Source: a virus
Taxonomy: Duplodnaviria > Caudoviricetes
Virus record (IMG/VR): IMGVR_UViG_3300048029_000244
Span: 1-61,607 of that record
Direction: 5' to 3' (one strand)
Length of the DNA stretch: 61,607 nt
This document shows, piece by piece, positions 36,114 through 49,300 of this stretch. A program made the position numbers and the translations under genes. Position 1 is the first letter of the stretch. Each line of letters opens with the position of its first letter. A model generated the notes under the pieces. The model was not told where the DNA came from, made no database searches, and saw nothing but the letters and a program-made list of their open reading frames with translations.

Positions 36114-38498
36114 ATGGCACCTAAACCACTTAATATAAATTTTGAAAATCCTAATGTAGATAAATTCTTATTTGGATTGTATTCTGTAGAACATGGTAAT
36201 GATGGTACTTTTGATGTAGGTAAATTAAATATACCTTACGTAGAAAAAGGTACTAAAAACGTAGTTACATCTACAGCTAGAGGTGGTTTTCAGTTTATTA
36301 AATCTACAAGAGATGAAATATTAAATAAATATGGATATGATGCTTGGTCAGACAATATAGAAGAGCAAAAAAAAGCTACTATGGCTTTGATTATAAGTAC
36401 AAGACCAGGGGCTGCAACATTAATAGAAAACGGAGAATTTGAAAAAGCTAGAAAAAATATAGGAGGAGTCTTGTTTGAAGGTTTATCAGATAAACATAAA
36501 AGAGTATTTAATAAAGCTACTAAAGACAAAGACAATTGGTCAAAAATTAAAGTAGTAAATAATTTAGAAGAAAATTTAATTAATAAAAAGAATAAATTAA
36601 CTAATTATGTTAACGAAGGCGGTTATACTGTAAGGTCTAATTGGGATAGTAACTCTAAATCTTTTGTTAATGTAGACTTAGATAATAATAAATTAAATTT
36701 TTATTCCTCATATGACGATATAAATATATCTGACGATGAAACTACAACTGATGCTACAGATAATAAAACTAAAAAGCCAAAAGCTCCTAAAGCTAAAACT
36801 GTAAGTTTAGACAAAAATTATAGGGTTTATGATAATAGTTCTGGCAAGTATTTACAAATTAATAGTAAGTATAATACAGAAACAAAACAATGGAGTCATA
36901 AAGCTGTTGGAGACACTGATTTAAATGACAAAGAAATTGCTGAAATTGGCAGCATGTATACTGATCCATTAGGAAGAACTCCAAAAGGAAGTACTACTCG
37001 TTATCAAAAAAGAACATTAGAAGACGGTACAGTTTATTATACTGGTCATTCGTCAGATGGTGAAGAACAAACGTCTTTTCAAAAAAGATTTTCATTTTTT
37101 GATACGCCGCCAACACAAGCAGAAACAGATACAAAAACACTTAAAACATTAAGTGATAATTTTTCTAAAAAAACACAAGGAGACAATTCTATAAAATCGT
37201 TAGAGCCTGAAAAAAATGAAATTTTAATTAAAGAAACAAATGATAGAAAACAAAATTTAGAAAAATTAAACAAAAAATATTTAGCTACTAGAAAGCCTGA
37301 AGATAAAATTGCATACGACAAAGCTCTAGAAGATTATAATAAATTTATAACTGATAATAAAGTTCCAACTAACAATCAGCTAGTAAATTTAACTACTAAA
37401 GAAAAAGCTTTACGAGAAACTTTAGCTGAAATGCAATCTAATCCTGATAATTTTACTGAAGCAGATATTATTGATGTACAAAAGAAAATAGATAAAGTAG
37501 CAATAGACATGTCTGTTATACAGGGAAATCCTAGAGCTACAGGCCCTTTTGGACATTCGCAAGAGCAAGTATCAAGCGTAGTTGTTGAAGATTCAGATTT
37601 AGAAAAAAGATACAGTACTGAAGATAAAAAAGTAGAACCTGTAGGATCAACAGAAGTTACTTATGATGACAGTGGAAACATAAGCGTAGAAGAAGCGCCT
37701 ACAGAAGTTGTAGAAGACAAACCTGTAGACGAAACTACTGAAACTACTGAAATAACAAATGAAATTCCAGAGGTCGTTGTAAGTGGGGATGATACTGATG
37801 ATGTTAGTGTTGATAATCGTCCTGTAGTACAGGAAGGGCCCTTAGCCGCTATAGGAGGTATAGGCACTGTTGTTTCAGCATTAGTAGGTGCTAAAGCATT
37901 AAGTCAAGCGTCTAAAGATCCTGAGATATTAGATATGCCAGAAATATCTGAAGCATTTAAAGCTGAATTATATCAAGCAGAACAATTATCTAAACAAGGC
38001 TTTAGACCTACAGAAGAAAGAGCTATACGTAAAGGAATTAAAGAAAGTTATGATTTAGGTGTAGAAAACGCTATTAGAGGAACTGCTGGCGATAGAGCTA
38101 AATTTCTTGCCATGACAGGAGTGTTAGATAGTCAGAGGCAATCTGCGCTATTAGACTTCGCTGCAAAAGATGAGGCTGTTAGACAGCAAAATAAAGACGC
38201 ATACAATCAAATGCTAAACTTCAAAGAGTCTTACGAAAAACAAAATGCTTTACAGTTAAGACAAGAAAAAATGCAACAAATGCAAGCAAGACAATCTAGC
38301 GCTTCTGCATTAGGAGCTGCTGCTCTTAAAACAGCTATGGATAATATTAATAACGCTAAAGGAGATCAAATGCAAAGAAGATATATTGCTTCTCTAACTG
38401 GCGACAATGTAAAGGTAGAAAACACATCTTTTTTAGACAGCTTAGGATTAGGTGGTATAAAAAACATGTTTGAATCTAACACAAATACTGAAGGATAA
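36114..38498 (+). CDS. Cargo/ejection protein with an N-terminal lysozyme-like (lambda R-type) domain
   Basis: FL..L..VE ... STARGGFQFIKST motif; C-terminal Gly/Ala-rich and Q-rich helices. Confidence 0.7.
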   Translation: MAPKPLNINFENPNVDKFLFGLYSVEHGNDGTFDVGKLNIPYVEKGTKNVVTSTARGGFQFIKSTRDEILNKYGYDAWSDNIEEQKKATMALIISTRPGAATLIENGEFEKARKNIGGVLFEGLSDKHKRVFNKATKDKDNWSKIKVVNNLEENLINKKNKLTNYVNEGGYTVRSNWDSNSKSFVNVDLDNNKLNFYSSYDDINISDDETTTDATDNKTKKPKAPKAKTVSLDKNYRVYDNSSGKYLQINSKYNTETKQWSHKAVGDTDLNDKEIAEIGSMYTDPLGRTPKGSTTRYQKRTLEDGTVYYTGHSSDGEEQTSFQKRFSFFDTPPTQAETDTKTLKTLSDNFSKKTQGDNSIKSLEPEKNEILIKETNDRKQNLEKLNKKYLATRKPEDKIAYDKALEDYNKFITDNKVPTNNQLVNLTTKEKALRETLAEMQSNPDNFTEADIIDVQKKIDKVAIDMSVIQGNPRATGPFGHSQEQVSSVVVEDSDLEKRYSTEDKKVEPVGSTEVTYDDSGNISVEEAPTEVVEDKPVDETTETTEITNEIPEVVVSGDDTDDVSVDNRPVVQEGPLAAIGGIGTVVSALVGAKALSQASKDPEILDMPEISEAFKAELYQAEQLSKQGFRPTEERAIRKGIKESYDLGVENAIRGTAGDRAKFLAMTGVLDSQRQSALLDFAAKDEAVRQQNKDAYNQMLNFKESYEKQNALQLRQEKMQQMQARQSSASALGAAALKTAMDNINNAKGDQMQRRYIASLTGDNVKVENTSFLDSLGLGGIKNMFESNTNTEG

Positions 38499-40396
38499 TG
38501 GCAGGAATTGGTCTAAATACAGCTTTATTAGGTTTGTTTTCATCAGACAAAAAACAAGCTAAAGCTAGAGAAATGCAAATAGCTCAACAAATGTACAGCA
38601 AAGAACAAGCTGAGCTGAAACAACAATATGAGCTAGACGCGTCTTTAAGAGAGCAACAATTAGCGTATGATAAAAACGCTAAAATAATAACCACTAAAAG
38701 AGAAGAGGTTGCAAAACTTCAAAACAATTTAGATGATTTATATGATCAAGTAAGGGAGGGCGCAAAAAAATACGGGAATGCACAAAAATATATGTTAGCT
38801 GAAGGCAACGATTTGTTGTACAAAGGAAGAGCTAAATATGAACAAGAAATAGATAGAATTAAATTAAATCAAGATAACATTAGTAAGTTTATGGAGGCTA
38901 GCGATGATAGTCCATTACTAATGCATAATGATGAAATAAAAAGATATAACGACTATTTAAATGGCAAAACTGATACTTATACGTTTAAAGGGCTGTTAAC
39001 AGAAATAGACGATGGTTATATTACAGAAGGACAAAAGGGTGTAAATATACAGCCTACAGATATTTTAGATCACGGACAAAACAAAAGAGCTATTACGCAA
39101 AACTATATAAGAGAACATGATGGTCAGCAGCCAACAGAAATAGATTTAATAAATTATACTAGAGAAAAATATATAGGTGATGGACAAGTTACAGGTACTG
39201 CTGAAATTAAAACATCATTTGGTAATGAAATTGCTAAATTAAGTGAATTAACATTGAATTTAGTAGCGCCTCCACAAAAAGCATTTACAGAATCTTTTGA
39301 TGAAACATTTAAAAATGTTGGCGATCAAGCTATGCAATTTGGTTACGATCCTTCTAAAAGAGCCTCTATGAAAAATGGAAAGCGTATAAATACAGGAGGA
39401 ATGATGTTTACACAATCGCCAGACTTGCAAGATGCTATTGGATACGCAGCATTTAATGGTAGAAAAAATGGTACTTTTTATAATCCAAACCCTAAGTTAG
39501 CATTAAAAACAGAAAATGGTATTCCAGTAACTTCTTCGGATTTAGAAGAAGAAAGATTTAATAATGTGTTTAATATAGACACAACAACTTTGCATGATGA
39601 AGATGGTAATATGATTACTGATTCAGATACTGGTTGGGAAATATTTGGTAAAGAATCTAAAACAATAGACGCTAGACTGAATGGTTATTTTTATGGAACA
39701 CAAATAACATATTTAGATGAAAACACTGGTGAATTGAAAACATCTTTAATAACTGAAAACACAGACCCAGAAAAAGCAGCAGAGCTAGAGCAAAACTTTA
39801 GAAATGCACAATCTAGAAAAACTGTATTGTTAGCAGAGCTACAAGAAAAAGATGCATTAAGAGATGATTTTTATTATAAAGTAATAGACATGAATCCTAA
39901 CATGCAGACTGCTGTAAATGAATATATGGATAATGATGAGTTATCAGCTGTTATGAATCAAAATGCTGATGCTAAAAAAATGATAGAAAGCAAAAAAGCT
40001 AACGCTGAACAAATGCTACAAGCCGAAAATGGCATAATGGAGTACACAGGAGATAACAACGGCACTGTAATGATTTACAATACATTAGGGCCAGAAGTTA
40101 TGAAGTCTATGAATTATCACGGCGTAGATAATAATATGTTTGGCAACATTATGGCTTTTAATATGCTTAGAATACCTGAAGGCACAGAAAAACCAGGAGC
40201 TGTATTACAACAAAATATAAGAAACATGTATACAGAGTTAGGTCAAGAATCTGATTTTAGTAAAGCTTTAAAAGGTGGTTCTGCAACTTTTAATTCTTAT
40301 CTTCGCAAATCAGGGATATTTGCTGATTCAGAGTTGTATGAAAAATACAGATTGTTGTCAGGAAATTGGAACGCATACGCAAAAAATAAAAAATAA
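38498..40396 (+). CDS. Cargo/ejection protein
   Basis: 632 aa, N-terminal coiled coil, between cargo genes. Confidence 0.6.
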   Translation: MAGIGLNTALLGLFSSDKKQAKAREMQIAQQMYSKEQAELKQQYELDASLREQQLAYDKNAKIITTKREEVAKLQNNLDDLYDQVREGAKKYGNAQKYMLAEGNDLLYKGRAKYEQEIDRIKLNQDNISKFMEASDDSPLLMHNDEIKRYNDYLNGKTDTYTFKGLLTEIDDGYITEGQKGVNIQPTDILDHGQNKRAITQNYIREHDGQQPTEIDLINYTREKYIGDGQVTGTAEIKTSFGNEIAKLSELTLNLVAPPQKAFTESFDETFKNVGDQAMQFGYDPSKRASMKNGKRINTGGMMFTQSPDLQDAIGYAAFNGRKNGTFYNPNPKLALKTENGIPVTSSDLEEERFNNVFNIDTTTLHDEDGNMITDSDTGWEIFGKESKTIDARLNGYFYGTQITYLDENTGELKTSLITENTDPEKAAELEQNFRNAQSRKTVLLAELQEKDALRDDFYYKVIDMNPNMQTAVNEYMDNDELSAVMNQNADAKKMIESKKANAEQMLQAENGIMEYTGDNNGTVMIYNTLGPEVMKSMNYHGVDNNMFGNIMAFNMLRIPEGTEKPGAVLQQNIRNMYTELGQESDFSKALKGGSATFNSYLRKSGIFADSELYEKYRLLSGNWNAYAKNKK

Positions 40397-40398
40397 TT

Positions 40399-43300
40399 AT
40401 GCCAAATAATTTTTTAGATGGTTTAGAACAGCCACAATCTACACAAAAATCTCAACAAAATTTTGATCAAATAGCTCAGCAACAAAATGAGGTTATTAAA
40501 AGAGCCTCTGAAAGCGTAGCAGAGCAACAAAGATTTGGATCTACTGGTATGGTTCAGCCAGACAGTTTTGCGGCAGACACAAGAGATATATTTATGTCTG
40601 GTGCAGAAAAAACTAAAAGGTCATTAGTTGCAGGTACAGGAGATGTAATGGAACAAGTTATAGACTTGACACAATTAGCGTATAACTATGCTACTCCATT
40701 AGGCATGGCAGAGCAAGCTTTAGGATTAGATTTTAGCAAAAACATTTTTGACTGGGTAGAAGAAAATACTGCTGGTCAACTACAAGAATATGGCGTAAAA
40801 TATAGAAAGCCAGGTACTGAGGATTTTAAATGGTCAGACTTAGGTACAGCAGATTTTTGGACTACAGACTTTGCTAGGCAAATGCCAAATTTACTTACAA
40901 TGATGGCTGGTGGTATGGGTCTTGCAAAAGGAGCAGGAAACCTTATGACTAGAATGGCTAGTAAATCTTTAGCTAAAAAAAGCGGAAAATTAACTACAGA
41001 TATGTTAACTAAAACTTCAGCTGGTTCGCAGTTTGGAGGTAAAGGGTTAGGTAAATTATTTACTAAAGGGCCTAAAGGAGTTGCATTAACTAATCAAGGT
41101 AAGGCAGTTGCAGGATTAGGTGGTGGTGCTGGCATGAACATAGTAGACGGCGCAATAGTGTCTGGTATGGCTTACGATAGAGCATTAGATGAGTTTGGCA
41201 CAGATGAAGAAGGCAGAAGATTAGCTGGTCAAATAGCAGGCAATATATTTGTAGATAATTCAAAATGGATAGCTGTAGACGCGGTGTCATGGTCTTTTAC
41301 TTTTGGTGGTGGCTCTAAGTTGTTACTACCTAAAGCTGTACAAAAAATGAACCAGTCTAAGTCTACTTTTGGTAAAAGGGTAAAAAATATACTAATTAAT
41401 AGTGGAGTTGGCGCTACAGCTGGGGCATCTATTGCAGGCGCAGCTACATTAGGTGAAGAAGGCATGAGTGACTCTATGTTAAAAGGCGCAGCTGTAGGAC
41501 TAGGAGCAGGTTTATTGCCAGGAAGATCAGGTGCAAGAGCATCAGTATTAATAGCTCCTGAAGGGATAGAAGAAATGTTTCAAGAAACATATCAAGAGTG
41601 GATTGAAAAGAAAGCTTTAAATGAGGCTAGAGGAGAAGAAGAAAAAACACCAACATATTGGGACTTTTATTCATCAGACAAAGCAAGGCGTACAAAAGCT
41701 GTATCATTATTTTCTGGTATGACTGGTGCTACTATAAGCAGATATACTAATTTAATAAACGATGTAGCTGAAAGAAGCTTTCAAAACGATCAACGTATAG
41801 ATAGTATAACGCGCTCTATGAACAGATTAAATGTAGATGAGACATACGAAAAGTCTGACGCTATTAGAGAGGCTGTAAGAGAGGCTGTAAAGTATGACAA
41901 TCAAGAGTCTCTAAAATCCTGGCTTAATGAAGAAGCGGCTAAAGATAATGGCTCAGTAGACGAAAGGTTTAGAGATGAAATGATGTCTTTGATAGACAAC
42001 ATGACGTCTATTAAAGAAAAAATAGGCACTAATGTAGATTTTACTACAAGTGAAGAACGTGTGTTATTTGAAGAGCATTCTTTAATGGCTATGCGTGAAG
42101 ATGATTATAATAATCAAAAAAGTATATACGAAAGCAATTTAGCAGAATTACAGGCTGATATAGATAAAATAAATAGATCTAGACAGACTGATAAAAACAA
42201 AAAAAATGCTATAAAAAACATTAATACATTAATAGAGGTAGAAAACGAAAAATTTGCTCAGCTAGAAAACAACTATAATGCATTACAAAACGAATCACAG
42301 TCTAACATAAATGATTTTACTACTAAGGCATTAGAAAAAGCAAAAAACAGAAATAAAGTAAATAAAGAAAATTTTGTTTCATTAGTTAATAAAGCAGCTG
42401 CTAAATCTAAATCTATAGCTAAAAAGTTTGTAGCATCATTTAATGAAATGAAAACAGCTTATGCTGAAGCTACGTCACAAGCTAAACAACAGCAAGTTTT
42501 AGACGAACAAGGTAACCCTGTATTAGACGAGCAAGGAAAGCCTGTAATGGAGCAAGCTCCTGAAGACATGTCTGACAATAGATATAATACGTTTGTAGAC
42601 AATATAGTTAAAGAAATAAAGATAGGCGCTGAAAACGAACTAGAAGGGTTTACAGATGAAGAAATTAAGTCTATTGCTATCAATGCATTAACAAAAGCAG
42701 GAATAACAAATGAGACAAGTTTGGATAATTTGCCTGATAATTTCGATGTAAAGCTAGAAGAAATAGTTGATAACGAAATAAAATTACTTACAGAAGAAAA
42801 AAAGAAAAATCAACCATCATTATTTCAAAAAATAAAAACTAAAACTAAAGAAGTAGTAGATAGTGTAAAAGATAAAATAACAACAAAAAAAGAAGATATA
42901 GAAACAGGTCGTAAAGTCGATGCACAAACTGCGACAGAACAAAAAGTTTCTAAAGAAGAAAAGCCTACACCTAAAGAGTCTATAAAAAAGAAGGCTGACA
43001 ATAAAGATTTAAGAATTATAAAAAAATTAGAAGATCAAATAGCTGAATTAAAGTTAAAAGAAAAGCTTACAGATATAGAGCAAAAGGTTTTAAACAAAAC
43101 AAAAAAAGCATTAGAATCTATATTATCTAGAATAGAGCGATCTAAAATAGATGAAGATAAAAAAATAGTAGATCCTAAAAAAATATTAAAAGATAAAAAG
43201 AAAGACGCTAAAAGGAAAAACGAATACAAAACAGCTTGGTACAACCCTATGCGTATTTTAGAAAAACGCAAATTAAAAGCTAAGCGTGATAAAGAAATTA

Positions 43301-46300
43301 AACTAGCGCAAGATGAATATCAAGAGTATGTAAAAAAGAATAAGCCTAGTTACATATATGCTATGAGAGATGCTAAAACTCCACAGCAGTCTATACAAAT
43401 AGCATCAGATATAAGCTCATTATTTGGTCAAGGAACATTAGGTAGTGTATTAGGAGGTGTTATATATGGAAAGGTAAATCCAGATTTATATAACACCATT
43501 AAGCATGAGTTCGGACATGTTTTGTGGCCAGCTTTAGAAGGATTACCTATTAAAGATTCTTTAATAAAATTAATTGCACAAGATAAAACAGCATTTAAAA
43601 AAGTAGCTCAAATGTATCCTGAAAATATATTGTTTGATACATCAGAAGGGCCAATGCTAATAGAGGAAATGTTATCTAATGTAGAAATGATTAAGCAGTT
43701 GTTAAATCACGACATAACATTAGAGGCAGACATAAAAGCTTTACAAGACAAAATGGCTTCTGGACAAATATATAGCGCCGAAGTAAATCTTATTATAGAC
43801 AAAATAAAAAGTTTACAAAGCATAGTACCTGCGGCTATAGAAAACCAAGAAGTTATACAAGAGGAAATATTTGCTCAAATGTTAGAGATGGATGATGTAA
43901 CATTAGAAAACATTATAACGTCTGACGTAAAAACTACAAAATCTTACAAAAGAAAAACAAAGATAGCTTTAGAAAAATTAGAAGCTATCACAAAAAAATC
44001 TAATGAAGAACAAGATAAAGAAATATTAAAATCATTAGATGATGAGTATAGAAAAGCGCAGGGAGAAGGTATAAATACATTTTTAGAAATATTTAAAGCA
44101 CAATCAGAAAAACGTAGAAAAAAGACTCCTATAGAAAAAGCATCTAGACGTGTTATGCGTCAAAAAAGCAAAGGTTTTGTAAGAGATATAAATATAATAT
44201 CAGAAATAGCAGCTAATTTAAATAGACAGGTTTCTGATGCAGTAGCAGAAAATACACAAAGATATAATGTATTGCTAGAAGAATCTGTAAATGAATTACA
44301 AGCTATTAATAATCCTACACAGGAGCAAATAAGCGAAATATTAGAAGCTAAAGCCTTAGAGTTTACAATGTATGATGAATCAGAGTTGTCTAACATCAAT
44401 ATAGGCGAAGACTTTGAAAAAGCTATAGCTGGTAAACTACTAGGAGATATTACTATATTAGGTGTGTTTGGTGATAGTATAATAACTGAAAAGCTAAAAG
44501 AAGCTGATATAATTAACGAAAAATCACAACGTATACCATTTGCTTTTGAAGAAGAGTTAGATCAATATATAGAAAGCAATGACAATCCATTAGTGCAAAA
44601 CGAAAGATCATCTGCATCTAAATTAATTGAAGCGTTTGCACAGTTTGCTTATTCAAGAACAGGTAGAGCTAAAATAGCTACTAAAGAAAAGTTTGCAGAG
44701 TTTACTAAAAAGAGTCCATCTTTATTAAGACAAAATTTACGTAGAGAGTTACACAAGTCAATAAAACATAATGGCGACATAGTTTCTTTTAATGAGTTCT
44801 TACAAAATCTTAAAGAATCTAAATCGTTAGAAGTAAAATTATTTAACGAGTTTATAGAGCTTGAATTTTTTGAGCTAACACAAGCTCCATACGGTTCAGA
44901 ACAATTCTTTACAAGTGTTGCTAGAAGCATTTATCACGAAGCTAGTAGTAATGTAGTAGAAAACAGAGATATATTATTTTATCAAGAAGAAGACAGTAGA
45001 TTTGATTTTGTATTTAATTTAAGCGAATTAGAGTCTTTTTATTCAGAAGCTTTGATTAATGAAAATGTATTTTACGATACAAATGAATTTGTAAATGCAT
45101 TAGACAACAATTCTACAATACATGATGCTATTAAGTTTTTAAAAAGAAAAGGCATTATAAATGATAATATATATAAATCATACATAGACGAAAATGCTAT
45201 AATGAATACTAAGTCTATAGTAGTAGATGGTAAAATGATGTCTATAAAAGATGCTGTAAAATATTATCCAGCTAATAAGGCAGCTCTTTTAAAACAACTA
45301 GCATCTTCATCTATTATAGCTAGTAGAGATTTAAACCAAACTACATTAGTAGAAATGGCTAAACTTAATACACGCACTAGCTTACTAAACAAAACTAGCG
45401 CGTTGTACGAAAACTTTGATAGCATACTTAAATATTTACAAGACCCTACTAGACCTACTAATGACAAAATAAAAACATTAGCAAACAGTAGTGTGTTTTC
45501 TTTGTTGCTTAAAAAAGGTATAACACCTATAATATCAGCAACATCTGGCGCTGAAGTAACTAAAGCAGAGGGTTATAAATTTGGCAGCAGTTACGTTAAC
45601 ATGACGTCAGAAGAAATGTTTATAAGTGATGTGTTGCGTTATATTTCCCAAGACGAATCATATCAAATGCCTATAATGGTATTTGAAGGTAAATCTAGAA
45701 GATACAATGTAACTGTTCCCAAATATAAAAGTTTGCATAAAAAAAATGGAGCTTTTGATGAAGTGTTTGTTATAAAGTCTTTGGCTAAAGAAATATCTAA
45801 AGCAAGGTATAAAAATGGAAAAGGAGACAAAGTATCAAGGTTGTTTAAAAAACCAGGGTCAGGTAAAACTATAATAGAGCAAATAACAGATAAAAAAGTT
45901 TTAGACGAGTATGTAAATCAATTAAAAGAGCAAATCAAAACACACCCTTATATACTTAAAAATCTAATAGAAAGCGGTAAAATAAAATCAGATACAAAAA
46001 AATTACCTAGAAAGTTATTAGAAGAAATGGTAGTGTCTAATGCTTTAAACAAATACTCTGCTCAAAAATCATTAGTAGCAGATCATGCTGAAAGAAAAGA
46101 TGCTATAGATTACGTAAAACGATCAGCTATGGCTATAGCTAGACGTAGACCTATATTTGATGAGTTAGAGGTTATAGTAACTCCAGACATATATTATAAC
46201 CCTAATGCAGAGCCAGGTTTACAATATATTAATGAACCAAAAGAAGGTTATAGCATAGTAGACGATTCTCAGTCTTGGATATTGCCTGAAGATAAAAAAC

Positions 46301-49300
46301 TAGCAGATGAAAATGCTGGATTAGGTAATGAATATGGTTCTGTTTTAAAAACAGTGTATTCTGGTAAAGACACTAGGTCACAATCTTTAGATTCAGGAGA
46401 TTTATATCTTAAACACAACACAGTAGTGTTAAGTGACGCTATAGTAGAAGAAGCAATAAAATCAGGGAATGTAACATTAGCTAAGCTTAGAGCGGTTATG
46501 CGTTCTAGAAAAAATCATATAGCAGGTAATTTTAGTAAAAATGTGCCAGTGATAGCAATGTCTCAATCTTCTGTAAAATCAGACATTAACAATTTTTTTG
46601 TTAAAACATTAAACGTAGACGATGTAAGAGTTAATATGTCAGACATTATAAGCACATTTAACGACTCTAAATACAATGCGTTAGAGTTAGAGTTATTGTT
46701 AACAGAAAACGTTTCTACAGACCTTATAAATGTAGGCAGAGAAAAACCTATAAAACAAATAAGTTTAGAAGAGTTTAATAAAACTATGGACGACAGATAT
46801 GTAGTTGATGGGCTATATAGAGGTTTAGATGGTAAAAAGTTTGGTATACAAAATATACTAGAGTCTAAAAGAAACGAAGAGTCATCTACAGTGCCTATAC
46901 AATTGCTGTCTAATATACTACAAGCTTTGCCTGAAGACATGAAGTCTGTAGGTTTAGAAGTAACACAATTGTACACAGAAGCTGTTGCCTTGTCGCAGCA
47001 AGAAGTTCTAGATTCTATAGAAAAAGAATTATCTGAGTATATAGATCCTAAGTGGGCAGGCAATCCATTGTCATATTTAGTACAAAGCGGTAATGTAAAC
47101 TTGCCGTCAGTACAATCTAAATTAATGGAAGTTATATCTAAAAGTGTAATATTAGGATCTACTAAATTTAGAAGTCCAGGGGGTATAGCTTTTGAAACAT
47201 CTCCAGTAGGTATACCATTAGCTTCTAGAGTTAAAACTAAAACATTAAAGTCTGCATATGGTTTAGGAACAGAAATATTTACTCTGCCTGATAATTTAAC
47301 TGTATCTGAAATTATATTGCCAGCAGCTATGTCTAAAAACTTTAAAAAAGGAGATATAGTAACAGCTACTCGTGTACCAGCAGATAAACTTGCTATGACA
47401 CAAACTTTTGTTATAAAAGAATTTTTAGATGAAGATGCAGGTCAAGTAACGATGATACCGCCAGCAGTATCTGCTATATTAGGTTCTGACAAAGATGGTG
47501 ACTCGTTATTTATAGATGGTAAATATGCAGAGCCTAAAACAGATTCTCAGAAGGCTTACAATAGATTCCATAATAAATTAACGGATTTCCTTTCTGATCC
47601 TAATATGGATGAAATTACAAGTAAATCATTAGAGGGTATAGAAGACTTTTTAAATATTAAAGACCCTAGACTTAGTACAGATATATTATCACCTGTTTTT
47701 GATAAACAGTCTGCACAAAACAATGTAGATATTAGAAATATACTAGGTGTAGCTATAATAGCATTAAGAGACACAAACTATTTGTCTTTTTATAATGCAT
47801 CTTTATTAGGTTCTGTTACGCTAGAAAACTCTACAGAAAATAAATTTGAAGACAGCGTTAACGGTGCAGAAGTAGAATTTGTAAGTAAGCTAGTAAATTT
47901 AATTTTAGATAATGCTAAATACCAAAGAGTCTTTAGCTTAGGCATAAATAGTTTAGTTATAAAAGACGCTATAATTTTGTCTAGACTAGGTTTTGACTAC
48001 GAAACAGTATTAGAGTTTTTAAATAAAGAAGAGGTTGTTAGAATGTATAAATATTCTAATAGAGCTAATATTTTAAAGTCTGTTGACCCTAAACACGGTC
48101 ATTATGAACCTGCGTTTTTAAGTTGGCTAGAAGGCAAGAAAAACATGGACGCGTACGAATACATAAACGACAACGATCCAAAAAATATAGAGTCATTAAA
48201 ACAAGAGTATTATGGCTCTGTAAAACCTTTACACAAAACAGACGCGTATAGAAAGAAAAAAGCTTTATCTAAATTAGATCAAAAATTAGTTTCTGAAAAA
48301 GGAAGTCTATTTAATTTATTATCTAAAGACACACCTAAATCAACAGAGGTAAATCTTTCTATTATAAGAATGTTGTCTGATGTAAAAAATGATATATCTT
48401 CATTTAGTGACATATTAAATGTTTATAACACTAATCCGCAAAGCGTGTTAGAAATAAAAGCAAGACAAGAAAACTACGAAAAGTCTAAAAATTTCCCATT
48501 AGGTTTAATTTTGCCAGAGTCATTACAAAATGATCCTATCTTAAATAATAGGCTAAATGCTTTAGTAGCTTTAGAGGAAAAGTATGAGTCTACAAATTCT
48601 TTTTCTAATAAGTCTATAAATAAATTATACGAGGCATTTTCTAAAATATTTAATTTTGATAAAGGCTATAAGTCTAAATCTATGTCTATGTATGTAGAAA
48701 ACACTATAATGGACAAAGCATTATCTAGCGTTATAAACACTAATGCTACAGAGTTTATGTTAAGTGACATTTTAAATAAATTAAAAGATGTACAGCAAAC
48801 TAAATTAGATATAGACTCGGTGTTTTTTTTATTAGTTAACATATCAGAAGATTCTATGTTTATAAATCAAGATATAGTTTCTAGAGCAACAGACCAAGAA
48901 AGCCTTGCGGAAATGCGTGAAATGCTTTTAGAAGAGCTTAAAGACATAACTATAGATGTGCAGTCTTCAGCTACTTCACCTATGCAAACTATGTCTGTAT
49001 ACGAAGCACTAGCTACATATGAGTATAATAAAACTAACAAAATGAACGAAAAGTCTAGGCTTAGATTTAGCGATAATATGTTAGCGTTATTTGATCCTAA
49101 ATTTGTAAAGTCTATAAATAATGCATTATCTATAGAAAACGTAACAAAGCTTTCCAAGTTTAATAGAGAGTCTTTATTAGATTTAGCTGAGCAAAACACA
49201 TCGTCTGTAGTAAGATTGTATCAATCAGAAATTACTGATAATATTAACGACAATACAATTTATTTAAAAGACAACAAATTAACTATACCTTATAGTAAAT

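Noticed and set aside
42496-42543. 24-nt tandem duplication (VLDEQGNP/VLDEQGKP) in the RNAP polyprotein
   Set aside because: A short in-frame linker duplication with no sign of a separate function
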